A stretch of DNA of 64,000 nucleotides from Bacteroidota bacterium (GCA_006226545.1 SBGR01000061.1:122-64121), one strand, 5' to 3'. Shown: positions 37,273 to 47,216, counted from the stretch's first letter. A program made the numbers and translations. Notes: generated by a model not told the origin, from the letters alone.

Positions 37273-39729
37273 CTACAACCTGAAAATGAAGTTCAAGTTC
37301 ACGCGGCGGGAGGTAAGGTAATTCGGTACGGCGTAGGTTTGTCCGTTTACATCGCGCACCCAGATAAAGGAGGCCGTATTCGCTACACCTAAAATATTAA
37401 ACACATCCAGGCTTACCCAAGCCGTATGGAAATTCGACCAGAACTTGCCTTTGGCCGGCCTGTTTGGCGAAATGAATTCCCTGCTGAAACCCATGTCTAC
37501 CCTGCGGTAAGCCGGAATTCTAAACTCGTCGTTATAGCGGTATAAACCACCCAAGAAATAAGGTAAGCCGGAGCCGAATACCACGTTCACATGTACTTTG
37601 TATTCTTCGTGACGAGGCAACTCATCCTGGAAGAAAATACCCAGGTTGATGCGCTGATCCGTTGGACGGCGAAGCCAATCGCTCACTTGTTCTGCACCAT
37701 TCAAATCGGTGTACTTGATGCGTTCGCGGGTATGCAAAAAGCTCAAGCTAAACCACGACTCCAGTCCTTTGATAAACTCACCATTCACGCGGGTATCAAT
37801 ACCGGTGGCATAGCCTTGTGCATTGTTATTGGCGTAATACCGAATGCGGACGTTCTCGTAGTAATAGGGAATCAAGTTATCGAGGTCCTTGTAATACACT
37901 TCGCTAAAAAACTTAAACGTACGGCCCCACATCTCAAAGTAGGTATCAGCACCCAAAACGTAATGGATGGAACGTTGGGCCTTCACATCGGTTCTGACGG
38001 TGCCGTCTAAGGATCTTAATTCTCTGTAAAATGGTGGCTGATAGTAAACGCCCCAAGCGGCCTTTAGCACATAGTCGCGTTTTTTAAGTGAATCAGTAGC
38101 CACTTTAAAATTGTGTTTTCTGTTGGGTTCAAAAGAAAACTGCATGCGCGGACTCACTAAACTTTGTCCGTTGAGGTCCCAGTAGTTGTAACGCAAGCCG
38201 GCATTGAACAACATATTGCGCTCCCGGTCGAGGTCCCAAGTCTGTTCTACAAAGGCTGTCACCCTATTGGAGTTCAGGTTGTTTTTACCGCGTATGGTAG
38301 AATACAAAAACAGCGAATCGCCTGAATTATTTGGAATGCTATAGTCAGCGGAGTCGTTATACACCCATTCGTTCAATACGTCGTTGATGATCTCTTTGCG
38401 GTAGTCTGCACCGTAACGCAGGTTCCACTGGTTTTTGGTGTATAATCCACGAAATGCAGCAGTATACGCTTGCACCTGCAATTCGTTCCGAGCGTGGTTG
38501 ATAAAGTAGCCGGCACCTCGGTTAAACTTAGCCTGCCCGAAGGTGCTTGAGCCAAGGTCCTTGTCTAACTCATCCAAGCGATAAGCTCCTTCCACGGTAT
38601 AGTATTCCCGTTCATTGGAGGTAATGGCCGAAGCGATGAGTTTGTATTGGCTGTGGTTATTTGGAGTAAATTTTAGGGTAAGGGCATTGGTGCTGGTGAG
38701 GTAACGCATCAGCTCAGCCCCGTTAAAGAATACGGTAAGCTGCAAAGCCTGGGAAACGGTACCAAAGCTGGTTCGCTGACTTTCCGGCACAAACAAATAG
38801 CGATTGGAAGCCACGGCACCCAACCAACTCAGGTTCCAACGGGAGTCGAGGTCGTATTGCACCAGCGACTGCACATCCATAAACCTTGGCTGGTAATTGC
38901 CTTGCACGTCTAGGCTACCAAACAGATAAGCATTGGAACGAAAACGTGAACCCACCAGATAGCGAAATCTTGGTCCCTTTTTCCCTTCCACATACAAGGA
39001 GGCACCCAAGAAATTGATGTTTCCCCCAACACTGAAGCTATCCGGGTTACGGTATCTGATGTCCAAAACCGAACTCAGTTTATCGCCATACCGGGCAGAA
39101 AACCCACCGGCCGAAAATTCGATATTGTCTACTAAATCTGAGTTGATAAAACTGAGTCCTTCTTGCTGTCCGCTGCGGATTAACTGCGGACGGTAAATTT
39201 CTATGTCGTTAACGTAGATGAGGTTCTCGTCGTAGTTGCCGCCGCGCACATTGAAGCCGGAGCTGAGCTCATTATTACCTGAGGCAACGCCCAGTGTTTT
39301 TAATATGTTTTCAAAGTTCCCACTTGGGTTAGAGAAGCGTTTGAACTCACCGGGCTTTAAGGTAATCACCGAAATTTTTGTTCGGTCTCTTTGCGAGCCA
39401 ATTTCAAACTCGGTGCCTTCTACCGTGCCGCGCATGCGCACGTCCAATGTTTTGGTTTCACCGGCTTTGATGGCCGCAACCTTGATCTTTTTGGTTATAC
39501 TTTGGTATTGAAAGGTCAGGGTGAATGCCGTATCAGCAGGAACCTCCAGGTTAAACTCTCCATGGAGGTTGGTGGTGCTGTAGTGGTTGCTTGAGTTGTA
39601 GACCACATAAGCATACTCTAATGGTTTTCCGGAAGTGGAATCGAGCAATTTACCTGTCACCTTTGCTTTTTGGCCATAGGATGAGAATCCGGCCAGAAGG
39701 AGCAGAAGGAGGGTCAGGTAGCGAGTCAT
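37273..39729 (-). CDS. TonB-dependent receptor (CarboxypepD_reg-like N-domain, plug, 22-strand barrel)
   Basis: Signal peptide, N-terminal carboxypeptidase-regulatory-like domain (KVTGKLLDSTSGKPLEYAYVVY), plug-region motifs (NVRGGNYDENLIYVNDIEIY), long barrel. Confidence 0.85.
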   Translation of the reverse strand: MTRYLTLLLLLLAGFSSYGQKAKVTGKLLDSTSGKPLEYAYVVYNSSNHYSTTNLHGEFNLEVPADTAFTLTFQYQSITKKIKVAAIKAGETKTLDVRMRGTVEGTEFEIGSQRDRTKISVITLKPGEFKRFSNPSGNFENILKTLGVASGNNELSSGFNVRGGNYDENLIYVNDIEIYRPQLIRSGQQEGLSFINSDLVDNIEFSAGGFSARYGDKLSSVLDIRYRNPDSFSVGGNINFLGASLYVEGKKGPRFRYLVGSRFRSNAYLFGSLDVQGNYQPRFMDVQSLVQYDLDSRWNLSWLGAVASNRYLFVPESQRTSFGTVSQALQLTVFFNGAELMRYLTSTNALTLKFTPNNHSQYKLIASAITSNEREYYTVEGAYRLDELDKDLGSSTFGQAKFNRGAGYFINHARNELQVQAYTAAFRGLYTKNQWNLRYGADYRKEIINDVLNEWVYNDSADYSIPNNSGDSLFLYSTIRGKNNLNSNRVTAFVEQTWDLDRERNMLFNAGLRYNYWDLNGQSLVSPRMQFSFEPNRKHNFKVATDSLKKRDYVLKAAWGVYYQPPFYRELRSLDGTVRTDVKAQRSIHYVLGADTYFEMWGRTFKFFSEVYYKDLDNLIPYYYENVRIRYYANNNAQGYATGIDTRVNGEFIKGLESWFSLSFLHTRERIKYTDLNGAEQVSDWLRRPTDQRINLGIFFQDELPRHEEYKVHVNVVFGSGLPYFLGGLYRYNDEFRIPAYRRVDMGFSREFISPNRPAKGKFWSNFHTAWVSLDVFNILGVANTASFIWVRDVNGQTYAVPNYLTSRRVNLNFIFRL

Positions 39730-39766
39730 GCGTCTTTAAGGCAACGGGTTCAGGCGGCCTTTAGTA

Positions 39767-40417
39767 TCAAGAAAAGGTTTTTAATCGATGAATCATGTTC
39801 TTCGGATCTGCATCAGCAAATACCGCGTTACCGGCTACCAACACATCAGCACCTGTTTCAACCAGCTTTTGGATATTGCCTGCTCCCACGCCGCCGTCAA
39901 TTTCGATTAAGGCTTTGGAACCGCTTTTAGCGATAAGTTCTTTGGTATCGCGAATCTTTTTATAGGTATTCTCAATGAACTTTTGTCCGCCGAAGCCTGG
40001 ATTTACGCTCATCAACAATACAAGGTCAATATCGGCGATGCAATCTTCCAAAACAGAAACAGGGGTATGCGGATTCAAAGCTACACCGGCTTTGATGCCC
40101 ATGTCTTTGATGGCATGAATGCTACGGTGCACGTGGGTGCTGGCTTCGTAATGGAAGCTGATCACCTCGGCGCCTGCATCTTTAAAATCTTGGAAATAAC
40201 GCTCAGGTTGCACAATCATCAAATGCACATCAAGTGGTTTGGTGGCATGTTTCTGAATGGATTTCAATACCGGAAAACCGAATGAAATATTGGGAACAAA
40301 AACACCGTCCATCACATCGATATGGAACCAATCTGCCTCGCTCGCGTTGATCATTTCTACATCGCGTTGCAAGTTGCCGAAATCGGCAGAAAGTATTGAA
40401 GGCGCAATCTTATGCAT
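39767..40417 (-). CDS. rpe: Ribulose-phosphate 3-epimerase
   Basis: MHKIAPSILSADFGNLQRDVEMI...HIDVMDGVFVPNISFG canonical Rpe N-terminus. Confidence 0.95.
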   Translation of the reverse strand: MHKIAPSILSADFGNLQRDVEMINASEADWFHIDVMDGVFVPNISFGFPVLKSIQKHATKPLDVHLMIVQPERYFQDFKDAGAEVISFHYEASTHVHRSIHAIKDMGIKAGVALNPHTPVSVLEDCIADIDLVLLMSVNPGFGGQKFIENTYKKIRDTKELIAKSGSKALIEIDGGVGAGNIQKLVETGADVLVAGNAVFADADPKNMIHRLKTFS

Positions 40418-40442
40418 GGCGCAAAGGTAGAGAATTGAAGTT

Positions 40443-40537
40443 GGATTGTTGGACTGTGGGATTGTTAGACTGAGTGTAGGATAGTTGAATGTTTTCTGTT
40501 TGGTGATAGCTCAACCTTAACCTTAACCTCAACCTTA
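40443..40537 (+). repeat. Repeat-rich intergenic segment: 3 imperfect tandem copies of GGATTGTT(A/G)GACTG followed by (AACCTT)x4 hexamer microsatellite
   Basis: Direct reading: TTGGATTGTTGGACTG TGGGATTGTTAGACTG AGTGTAGGATAGTTGAATG ... AACCTTAACCTTAACCTCAACCTTA in the rpe/DUF721 intergenic gap. Confidence 0.7.
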
Positions 40538-40541
40538 TTTC

Positions 40542-40829
40542 TCAATGCACCACGATATCCGTGATATAGCCTTTTCCAAACTTCGCATCGATGAGTTCAA
40601 TGATTTGGTCTTTGGAATAGCGGATTTCTTGCTTGAGTGGGGCAGAGCCGATCACCAAATGCAGCTCCTTGCCTTTGAGCCAAAGTTTTTCGGTCTTTTT
40701 AGCGATGAGTGGGCCAACCACTTCTTCCCAAGAATTGACCAGGTTCACTTCGTTCACCTTGCTTTTCAGCCGGTACATCTGAAGTACTTCCTCCAATACT
40801 TTTCCCAGTGGTTTAATGTCGTTTCCCAT
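40542..40829 (-). CDS. DUF721-type small protein typically encoded downstream of recF
   Basis: 95 aa; position immediately after recF (1-nt overlap) and size match the conserved recF-associated DUF721 protein. Confidence 0.6.
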   Translation of the reverse strand: MGNDIKPLGKVLEEVLQMYRLKSKVNEVNLVNSWEEVVGPLIAKKTEKLWLKGKELHLVIGSAPLKQEIRYSKDQIIELIDAKFGKGYITDIVVH

Positions 40830-41905
40830 TATAAAGCGATGAGCTGAATTGGCTTATCCAGCGTTTCAAAGATACGACACACACGTTCAGGATGCGTATC
40901 ACTAATAAAAATCTGTCCGTAGCCGGTACCCGCCACCCTGGCCATCAGCTGCGTAGCCCGTTGTTCATCCAGCTTCTCAAAAATATCATCCAAAAGAAGC
41001 ACAGGCGCAAAGCCTTTCTGGACTTTCAGAAAGTCGAATTGCGCTAGCTTGAGGGCAATCAGGAAACTTTTAATCTGACCTTGAGAGCCGAATTTCTTCA
41101 GTGCATAGCCGTTTAAAGTAAACTTCAAATCGTCCTTGTGAAGTCCGCCATCGGTACGTCCAATGTCGAGGTCTTTGCTTCGGTTCGCTTTTAAAAGCTG
41201 TTCCATGTTTTGGTCGGCCAAATCGCTTTCGTATACCAAGCCGGTAGATTCTTTAGCCTGACTCAGTTCTTTATAATGCATTTCAAACAGCGGACTAAAT
41301 TCTGCCACGAAGGCCTTTCGCTTACCATATAAATAGGTAGCCGCCTTGTTTAGTTGGTGGTCTAGGCTGTCAAGCAAGTGATGGTCTACATAACCGGATT
41401 CATTGAATTGCTTCAGCGCTTTATTGCGGTGTTCCAAAGCACGGCCGTATACGATGAGTTCTTGCAGGTAGTTCTGGTCGGTTTGCGAAAGAAGCTGGTC
41501 CATGAATTTCCGACGTTCATCGCTGTATTCGTTGATAAGGCGGATATCGCCCGGGGCAATCATTACCACCGGCATTTTTCCAATGTGGTCAGAGAGGCGT
41601 TGGTACTCTTCCTTATTAAAGCGAAAGGTTTTGCCTTCGCCCCGTTTCACCATGCAAGCCACTTCTTGCTCTTCGTCGAAAAGCACTTTAGCGAATACAG
41701 CATAAAAATCCTGCTCGTGCTGGATATTGGCCAACTCTGCATGCTGGAAATAGGAGCGACACATGCACAGGAGGTAAATAGCGTCGAGCACATTGGTTTT
41801 ACCCGCTCCGTTGGGGCCATGAAACACCACGATGTCTTCCTCAAACCTAAACTGGGCTTTGCTGTGGTTTTTAAACGTATTGAGTTTGAGGACTTGAAAC
41901 TTCAT
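40829..41905 (-). CDS. recF: DNA replication and repair protein RecF
   Basis: Walker A GPNGAGKTNVLDAIY, RecF signature and C-terminal Walker B region (LLLDDIFEKLDEQR). Confidence 0.95.
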   Translation of the reverse strand: MKFQVLKLNTFKNHSKAQFRFEEDIVVFHGPNGAGKTNVLDAIYLLCMCRSYFQHAELANIQHEQDFYAVFAKVLFDEEQEVACMVKRGEGKTFRFNKEEYQRLSDHIGKMPVVMIAPGDIRLINEYSDERRKFMDQLLSQTDQNYLQELIVYGRALEHRNKALKQFNESGYVDHHLLDSLDHQLNKAATYLYGKRKAFVAEFSPLFEMHYKELSQAKESTGLVYESDLADQNMEQLLKANRSKDLDIGRTDGGLHKDDLKFTLNGYALKKFGSQGQIKSFLIALKLAQFDFLKVQKGFAPVLLLDDIFEKLDEQRATQLMARVAGTGYGQIFISDTHPERVCRIFETLDKPIQLIAL

Positions 41906-41983
41906 TTTATGGGTTTTTCACTCTGAAAAGCAGCAATTGTGGAATAGCTAAAAAAAGCTATTTTTGCGCTTCTGAGTAGAATC

Positions 41984-42979
41984 ATGGCAAAAGAAAAGTT
42001 CAACAAAGAAACCTATCTGAACTGGTATGAACAAATGCTGATGATGCGCCGTTTCGAAGAGAAATGCGCACAGCTTTATGGCCAGCAAAAGATCAAAGGA
42101 TTCTGTCACTTATACATTGGTCAAGAGGCGGTAGTTGCCGGTTTAATGTCGGCTATCACCAAAGACGATAAAGTTATCACCGCATACCGCGATCACGGAC
42201 ATGCTTTGGGTTGTGGAGTTACGCCAAACGAAATCATGGCTGAGCTTTACGGTAAAGCTACCGGTTGTTCTAAAGGCAAAGGCGGGTCTATGCACTTGTT
42301 TAGCAAGGAGCATAACTTCTTTGGCGGACACGGTATCGTTGGCGGTCAGATTCCGCTCGGTGCTGGTATAGCGATGGCAGAACAGTACAACGGAACCAAA
42401 AACGTATGCGTATGTTTTATGGGCGATGGCGCTGTTCGTCAAGGTGCATTGAACGAAACTTTCAACATGGCGATGTTGTGGAAACTCCCGGTAATCTTCG
42501 TTTGCGAAAACAACGGTTACGCCATGGGTACTTCCGTTCAACGTACTACCAACTTAGAAGACATCTACAAATTAGGCTTGGCCTATGATATGCCTTGTGG
42601 TCCGGTTGACGGAATGCAATGTGAAACCGTTCACGATGCATTTGCAGAAGCCGTAGCGCGCGCTAGAAACGGAGAAGGACCTACCTTCTTAGAAATGCGT
42701 ACTTACCGCTACAGAGGTCACTCCATGTCTGACCCGGCTAAATACAGAAGCAAAGAAGAGGTTGAAGAATACAAAGCAAAAGATCCAATCGAAAGGGTGA
42801 AAGCGGTAATCCTGAAAAAGAAATGGGCTACCGAACAAGAACTTGACGCCATGGAAGATAAGGTGATGGCTGAGGTGAATGCGAGCGTTGAGTTTGCAGA
42901 AAACTCACCTTTCCCAACAGCAGAAGATTTGTATGCCGACGTATACCAACAAGAAGACTATCCATTCATTATTGAATAA
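41984..42979 (+). CDS. pdhA: Pyruvate dehydrogenase (acetoin/2-oxoacid dehydrogenase) E1 component alpha subunit, TPP-dependent
   Basis: E1-alpha motifs: YRDHGHALGCG, GDGAVRQGALNE TPP-binding fold, YRYRGHSMSDPAKYR phosphorylation-loop-like motif. Confidence 0.88.
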   Translation: MAKEKFNKETYLNWYEQMLMMRRFEEKCAQLYGQQKIKGFCHLYIGQEAVVAGLMSAITKDDKVITAYRDHGHALGCGVTPNEIMAELYGKATGCSKGKGGSMHLFSKEHNFFGGHGIVGGQIPLGAGIAMAEQYNGTKNVCVCFMGDGAVRQGALNETFNMAMLWKLPVIFVCENNGYAMGTSVQRTTNLEDIYKLGLAYDMPCGPVDGMQCETVHDAFAEAVARARNGEGPTFLEMRTYRYRGHSMSDPAKYRSKEEVEEYKAKDPIERVKAVILKKKWATEQELDAMEDKVMAEVNASVEFAENSPFPTAEDLYADVYQQEDYPFIIE

Positions 42980-42987
42980 GACAAACC

Positions 42988-43686
42988 ATGACTAAGAAAC
43001 ACGAGCAAGACGAACTCGATATCGATAAGGCACTCCAACAGGAATTTACCAGAGCGGAAAATTTCTTCAACTCTAACCGCAAAACCATCCTTTATGTGTT
43101 GGCCGGTTTGGTAATTGGTGTTGTGGGTTATGTAGGGTATACTGAAATGATTCAGAAGCCTGCAGAACAAGAAGCACAAACCTATTTGTCTGTCGTTCAA
43201 AAGCAATTTGAAGTTGATTCATTCAACTTGGTAGTGAATGGTAACGGCACTGATTTAAGTGCTTTGGATATCATCGACGATTTCGGATCAACCAAAGCAG
43301 GTAACCTGGCTCATTTCTATGCAGGCAGAAGCTACTTGGCAATGGGGCAATTTGAAGAGGCTGTTGATCATTTGAAAAGCTTTAAGAGCGATGATAAAAT
43401 CGTGAGTTCTTTAGCGATGGGATTGGCAGCAGACGCACAATCTGAATTGGGTCAACATGGTGAAGCAGCCGACCTTTACATGAAAGCAGCTTTGAACGAT
43501 GACAATGCGATGACTGCTCCAATCTTATTGAAGAAAGCCGGTTTGCATTACGAAAAAGCGGGCGACTTTGAAAAAGCAGTACGTGCCTATACCCGCATTC
43601 AAGAAGAGTACAAAGAGACTCCTGAATTTGCAGAAATCGTTAAATACATTAACCGCGCTAAAGCTCGCGGCGGTATGCTAGACTAA
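42988..43686 (+). CDS. Membrane-anchored tetratricopeptide-repeat protein
   Basis: N-terminal TM (ILYVLAGLVIGVVGYVGY) followed by TPR-like helical repeats. Confidence 0.5.
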   Translation: MTKKHEQDELDIDKALQQEFTRAENFFNSNRKTILYVLAGLVIGVVGYVGYTEMIQKPAEQEAQTYLSVVQKQFEVDSFNLVVNGNGTDLSALDIIDDFGSTKAGNLAHFYAGRSYLAMGQFEEAVDHLKSFKSDDKIVSSLAMGLAADAQSELGQHGEAADLYMKAALNDDNAMTAPILLKKAGLHYEKAGDFEKAVRAYTRIQEEYKETPEFAEIVKYINRAKARGGMLD

Positions 43687-44165
43687 TGGCTACACATTTA
43701 AAAAATCTTTCAACGTATGACCCGGACAGTATCCCTGACGGGTCATCGTTTCATATAGGGATTGCTGTTGCGGAGTGGAATCACGACGTTACCGGCAAAC
43801 TTCTCGAAGGCTGTTTGGATGCACTGGGTAAAGCGGGCGTTCCAGAGGCCAATATCACCGTTAACTGGGTACCGGGTACTTTTGAGTTGCCTTTGGCTTG
43901 CCAATGGCTAGCGAAAGAAAACAAGATGGATGCAGTAATCGGAATTGGCTGTGTGATTCAAGGAGAAACCCGTCACTTTGATTTTATCTGCCAAGCTACC
44001 GCTACCGCTATGCAAGATGTGGCGTTAAGCAGCAATAAACCTTGCATCTTCGGGGTATTGACTACTGATAACCTGGAACAAGCCTTAGACCGCAGCGGAG
44101 GTAAACACGGTAACAAAGGCGTAGAAGCGGCCGTTACTGCGTTGAAAATGCTTGGAATTCGCTAA
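43686..44165 (+). CDS. ribH: 6,7-dimethyl-8-ribityllumazine synthase
   Basis: IGIAVAEWNHDVTGKLLEGCLDAL ... VPGTFELPLA ... GIGCVIQGETRHFDFI lumazine synthase signatures. Confidence 0.93.
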   Translation: MATHLKNLSTYDPDSIPDGSSFHIGIAVAEWNHDVTGKLLEGCLDALGKAGVPEANITVNWVPGTFELPLACQWLAKENKMDAVIGIGCVIQGETRHFDFICQATATAMQDVALSSNKPCIFGVLTTDNLEQALDRSGGKHGNKGVEAAVTALKMLGIR

Positions 44166-44173
44166 TTTGAGCT

Positions 44174-44539
44174 GTGCCGGTTAAGTACCTCAAAGGAAGA
44201 ATACAGAGTTTTCGTTATGCCTTAAAAGGCCTCAAGGCTATGTTCTATAGCCACGAGAATTTCAAAATACATTTATTGGCCGCCTTGGTGGTGCATGCTG
44301 CCGGGTTCTATTATTCGGTAGCGCTACGCGATTGGGCTGTACTCTGGATTTGCATTACCGTGGTCTTGGCTGCCGAGGTATTCAATACGGCAGTGGAGGA
44401 AATCATTAACCTACTTCATCCGGAACATCACCCCAAAGCAGGATTGATTAAAGACATTGCCGCCGCAGCCGTATTGCTCACGGCAATCGGAAGTGTGGTT
44501 TGTGGCCTTCTAATCTTTTGGCCTTATGTTTTTGCTTAA
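44174..44539 (+). CDS. dgkA: Diacylglycerol kinase family protein
   Basis: 121 aa, 3 TM; SFRYALKG...HENFKIHLLAALVV...AEVFNTAVEEIINL matches prokaryotic DgkA. Confidence 0.8.
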   Translation: MPVKYLKGRIQSFRYALKGLKAMFYSHENFKIHLLAALVVHAAGFYYSVALRDWAVLWICITVVLAAEVFNTAVEEIINLLHPEHHPKAGLIKDIAAAAVLLTAIGSVVCGLLIFWPYVFA

Positions 44540-45513
44540 GAATTGGCTGTAAGGTTCAGCTTTTTGTAACAATCATCGATACTCTTCAATAACAAGTTAA
44601 TATACTGATTGCGGTATTTCTCTGCCGAAAGAGAGATCAGCATACCCTTGGAAGCAAGGTCGTTAATCCACTCCTGAGTTTCATAGCAGTACTGAGGGTG
44701 TTCGGTTTTCAGATAGCCGTAGCCGTAATTGCTTTTGTAAGTGGTAAGCTCAGAACCAAATCCGAGCAACATATTCATTTCGCCGGTATTCAATTCGCTG
44801 TGAAATAGCTGCAGATCGCCGGCTTCCCAATCTTGAAATTGCTTTTTGCCTGAGGCACACCAGCTGCGTACTATTTCAACAATAGAACGAAGTTCTTCCA
44901 ATAAGGTCACTGCATACGCATCTGTAATCAGGTGGTTCTCGTGGCTGTAAAGGATTTGTTTTAAGGTACTATCCAAAGGCACCGATCCCCATACTTCTTT
45001 GGAATTGGCGGCAAGCCAACGTTTCAGAATCTGAGTACACATGTTGATGAGCTCCGGGTTTTGCTCTTCCGGGTTTTCCGGATCGTGGATCTCATCGCCG
45101 CTAAATACCATGAGCTTAAACTGTAACAGCGCAGGCGAAAGGAAATGCAAGAAGAAAGGCAAGTCGTCAGACGAGAGCAGAATGCTCAAGTTAGAGCGGC
45201 GGTGCACCAGTTCCATCTGGTTGCTAATCTCTTGCAAAAACAAGAAGCTATCGTATCCGTAAGCTGGTCGAGCGTATACAAAGGTCACCTCTTCAATGGA
45301 GTCGATAGGGAAGAGCAAACTTTGTTTAAGATTGAGTTTGCGTTGAATTAGCAAAAGTTCAGAATAAGTCAAGGCCGATTGACCACGCATACGGCGGTAA
45401 ATTGAGTCTACACTCGTTTCCAATATATCAGCTAGCTCTTGAGCCAAGTTAAAACTACTGGGAACGGCATCTTTCAATCGCTCAAAAAAAGCAACCTGTT
45501 CTTTGTTATCCAT
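44536..45513 (-). CDS. Hypothetical protein with N-terminal helix-turn-helix-like segment (putative regulator)
   Basis: N-terminal LAQELADILETSVDSIYRRMRGQSALTYSELLLIQRKL resembles an HTH. Remainder has no motif. Divergent from the downstream secreted protein gene. Confidence 0.35.
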   Translation of the reverse strand: MDNKEQVAFFERLKDAVPSSFNLAQELADILETSVDSIYRRMRGQSALTYSELLLIQRKLNLKQSLLFPIDSIEEVTFVYARPAYGYDSFLFLQEISNQMELVHRRSNLSILLSSDDLPFFLHFLSPALLQFKLMVFSGDEIHDPENPEEQNPELINMCTQILKRWLAANSKEVWGSVPLDSTLKQILYSHENHLITDAYAVTLLEELRSIVEIVRSWCASGKKQFQDWEAGDLQLFHSELNTGEMNMLLGFGSELTTYKSNYGYGYLKTEHPQYCYETQEWINDLASKGMLISLSAEKYRNQYINLLLKSIDDCYKKLNLTANS

Positions 45514-45704
45514 CCTAAATCAATTTGCAATATATGCAACTCTTCAGGCACTCGGAGCGGGATTCTTGCGAAATGTGCAAAACACCTCGCGTGAGGCTAA
45601 CTGCTTCTGCAAAATTCCTTAAAAATTTCTGAGCGAGTTGCAGTATTCAATTTTAACAGGCCGCTGACAGAACCCAGCTTTGCAGTACACAAACAGACAG
45701 TCTT

Positions 45705-46820
45705 ATGAAAATGACAATCAAGTATGTAGTAGTGCTTTTAGTAGCCCTTTTAAGTTTGGAGGTTAAAGCCGGCGAAACAAAAAAAGAAGTGTATGCCGTA
45801 TTGAATGTAGATGTGAGCGGAACAAATAACGTTGACCGCAAACAGTTGGGGAATATCTTACGAATGCACTTAGAAAAAACCGATTCATTCCAGGTAATTG
45901 ACAAATACGATATGGCTTACCTCTTGGCAGACGAAGCCGATAAATTTGAATACTGTTACGGCAAACTCTGCTTAACTGAATTAGGTAAGAAGATTAAGGC
46001 CGATAAAGTAGTGAGCGGCACTGTAGATGTGATGGGCGACATGATTATCGTGACCCTTCGCAGGGTGGATGTGGCTAGTGGCGAAATTGATAAAACGCTG
46101 GTGAAAGAATACCTCAACCTGACAGTTGAGTTGGGCTATATGCTTCAGATTAGTTTGAATGAGTTATTAGGCTTACCTAACCCGGAAGCCTTGGTGGTGA
46201 GCTTAACTAAAAAAGACGCCTTCGCAAATACACACAATACACCTTTTTCACCACGATTGGCAGTTGACGGACCTCGTTTTGGCATGTCGGGCATCGCCGG
46301 GAAATCGGCTAAGATTTTATTGAGGGAAGAAAACCAAGGCGGATTTAACGCTTACCCCATGAGTTTTCATTTTGGTTACCAGTTTGAAAAGCAGTACCTC
46401 AACGAAGGGAACTTTCAGGCCCTATTTGAATTCATCCCAATGTTAACCGGATTAGAACAAGGTCGTGTTTCTGCCAGCTTCACCTTGATGAACGGCATTC
46501 GCTCTAACCGCAACGGATGGGAGTTTGCCTTTGGTCCGACTATATCAACCGTTAAAATTGCCAACGTTGCACAAGATGCTACCGGCAACTGGTTAACAGA
46601 ATCGATGTGGAAGGAATTGCATCCCGGACTTATGCCGGAGAATGGTTTTAGAAAACAATTGGATAGCAGAGGAGAGATTAAACTGGATGCCGGCTTTGTG
46701 CTCGGTATAGGTAAAACATTCCGCTCCGGTAATTTGAATATTCCGGTCAATCTTTTTGTGGTACCGAAAAAAGACGATTTCAAGTTTGGAATTTCTGTGG
46801 GATACAACTCTTCGCGCTAG
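45705..46820 (+). CDS. Secreted protein with CsgG/LpoB/TolB-N-like N-terminal domain and beta-rich C-terminal domain (possible outer membrane protein)
   Basis: Signal peptide; YAVLNVDVSG...FQVIDKYD...DKVVSGTVDVMGDMIIVTLRRVDVASGEI follows the beta-alpha-beta-beta pattern of the CsgG/LpoB-type fold. C-terminal half has alternating strands (FKFGISVGYNSSR end). Confidence 0.35.
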   Translation: MKMTIKYVVVLLVALLSLEVKAGETKKEVYAVLNVDVSGTNNVDRKQLGNILRMHLEKTDSFQVIDKYDMAYLLADEADKFEYCYGKLCLTELGKKIKADKVVSGTVDVMGDMIIVTLRRVDVASGEIDKTLVKEYLNLTVELGYMLQISLNELLGLPNPEALVVSLTKKDAFANTHNTPFSPRLAVDGPRFGMSGIAGKSAKILLREENQGGFNAYPMSFHFGYQFEKQYLNEGNFQALFEFIPMLTGLEQGRVSASFTLMNGIRSNRNGWEFAFGPTISTVKIANVAQDATGNWLTESMWKELHPGLMPENGFRKQLDSRGEIKLDAGFVLGIGKTFRSGNLNIPVNLFVVPKKDDFKFGISVGYNSSR

Positions 46821-46844
46821 GGAGCGAAGGGTTTATAGAAAGGG

Positions 46845-46870
46845 AAAGCCGGCGTTAAGCCGGCTTTTTT
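46845..46870 (+). terminator. Intrinsic terminator after 45705..46820
   Basis: GCCGGC GTTAA GCCGGC followed by TTTTTT. Confidence 0.65.
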
Positions 46871-47181
46871 ATTTCGTGTTTACTAACCCCTTAGTAAAGA
46901 CAGAATCCCTGTTTCGCGTATGAAATTCACTTAAAAAACGCAGAATGAATACAGAAGGTTGGATAGGGACAAAAAAAAAGCCGGACGGAGCCGGCTGGTT
47001 TTTAACTGAGCAGGTCAAAAACCTATTACGCACTAGGCGCAACCAAACTTAAGGGGCAAGGGGATCAAGTACTTGTTAATAATCAGCACTTTACTAGGTT
47101 CTGAGGTTCATTCCCTTCTGGTTCCTTGTTTGCTTGGTTTCGTATTAGACTACAAAACGAGTTTTCGGTTGCCTAGGTTTG

Positions 47182-47216
47182 AAAAAAAATTTCCGCCGCA
47201 GGGGGCGGAAACTTTT
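47182..47216 (-). terminator. Intrinsic terminator after T9SS paralog C (bidirectional shape)
   Basis: AAAAAAAATTTCCGCCGCAGGGGGCGGAAACTTTT; on the minus strand the stem is followed by TTTTTTTT, 15 nt after the stop at 47231. Confidence 0.65.

Noticed and set aside
40443-40491. CRISPR-like short tandem repeats
   Set aside because: Only three degenerate 16-nt units with no spacers of unique sequence and no cas genes in the window. Better explained as a dispersed repeat family.
47090-47130. tRNA-like T-loop string GGTTCATTCCC in the non-coding gap
   Set aside because: No flanking sequence able to form acceptor, D or anticodon stems. Most likely a chance match.
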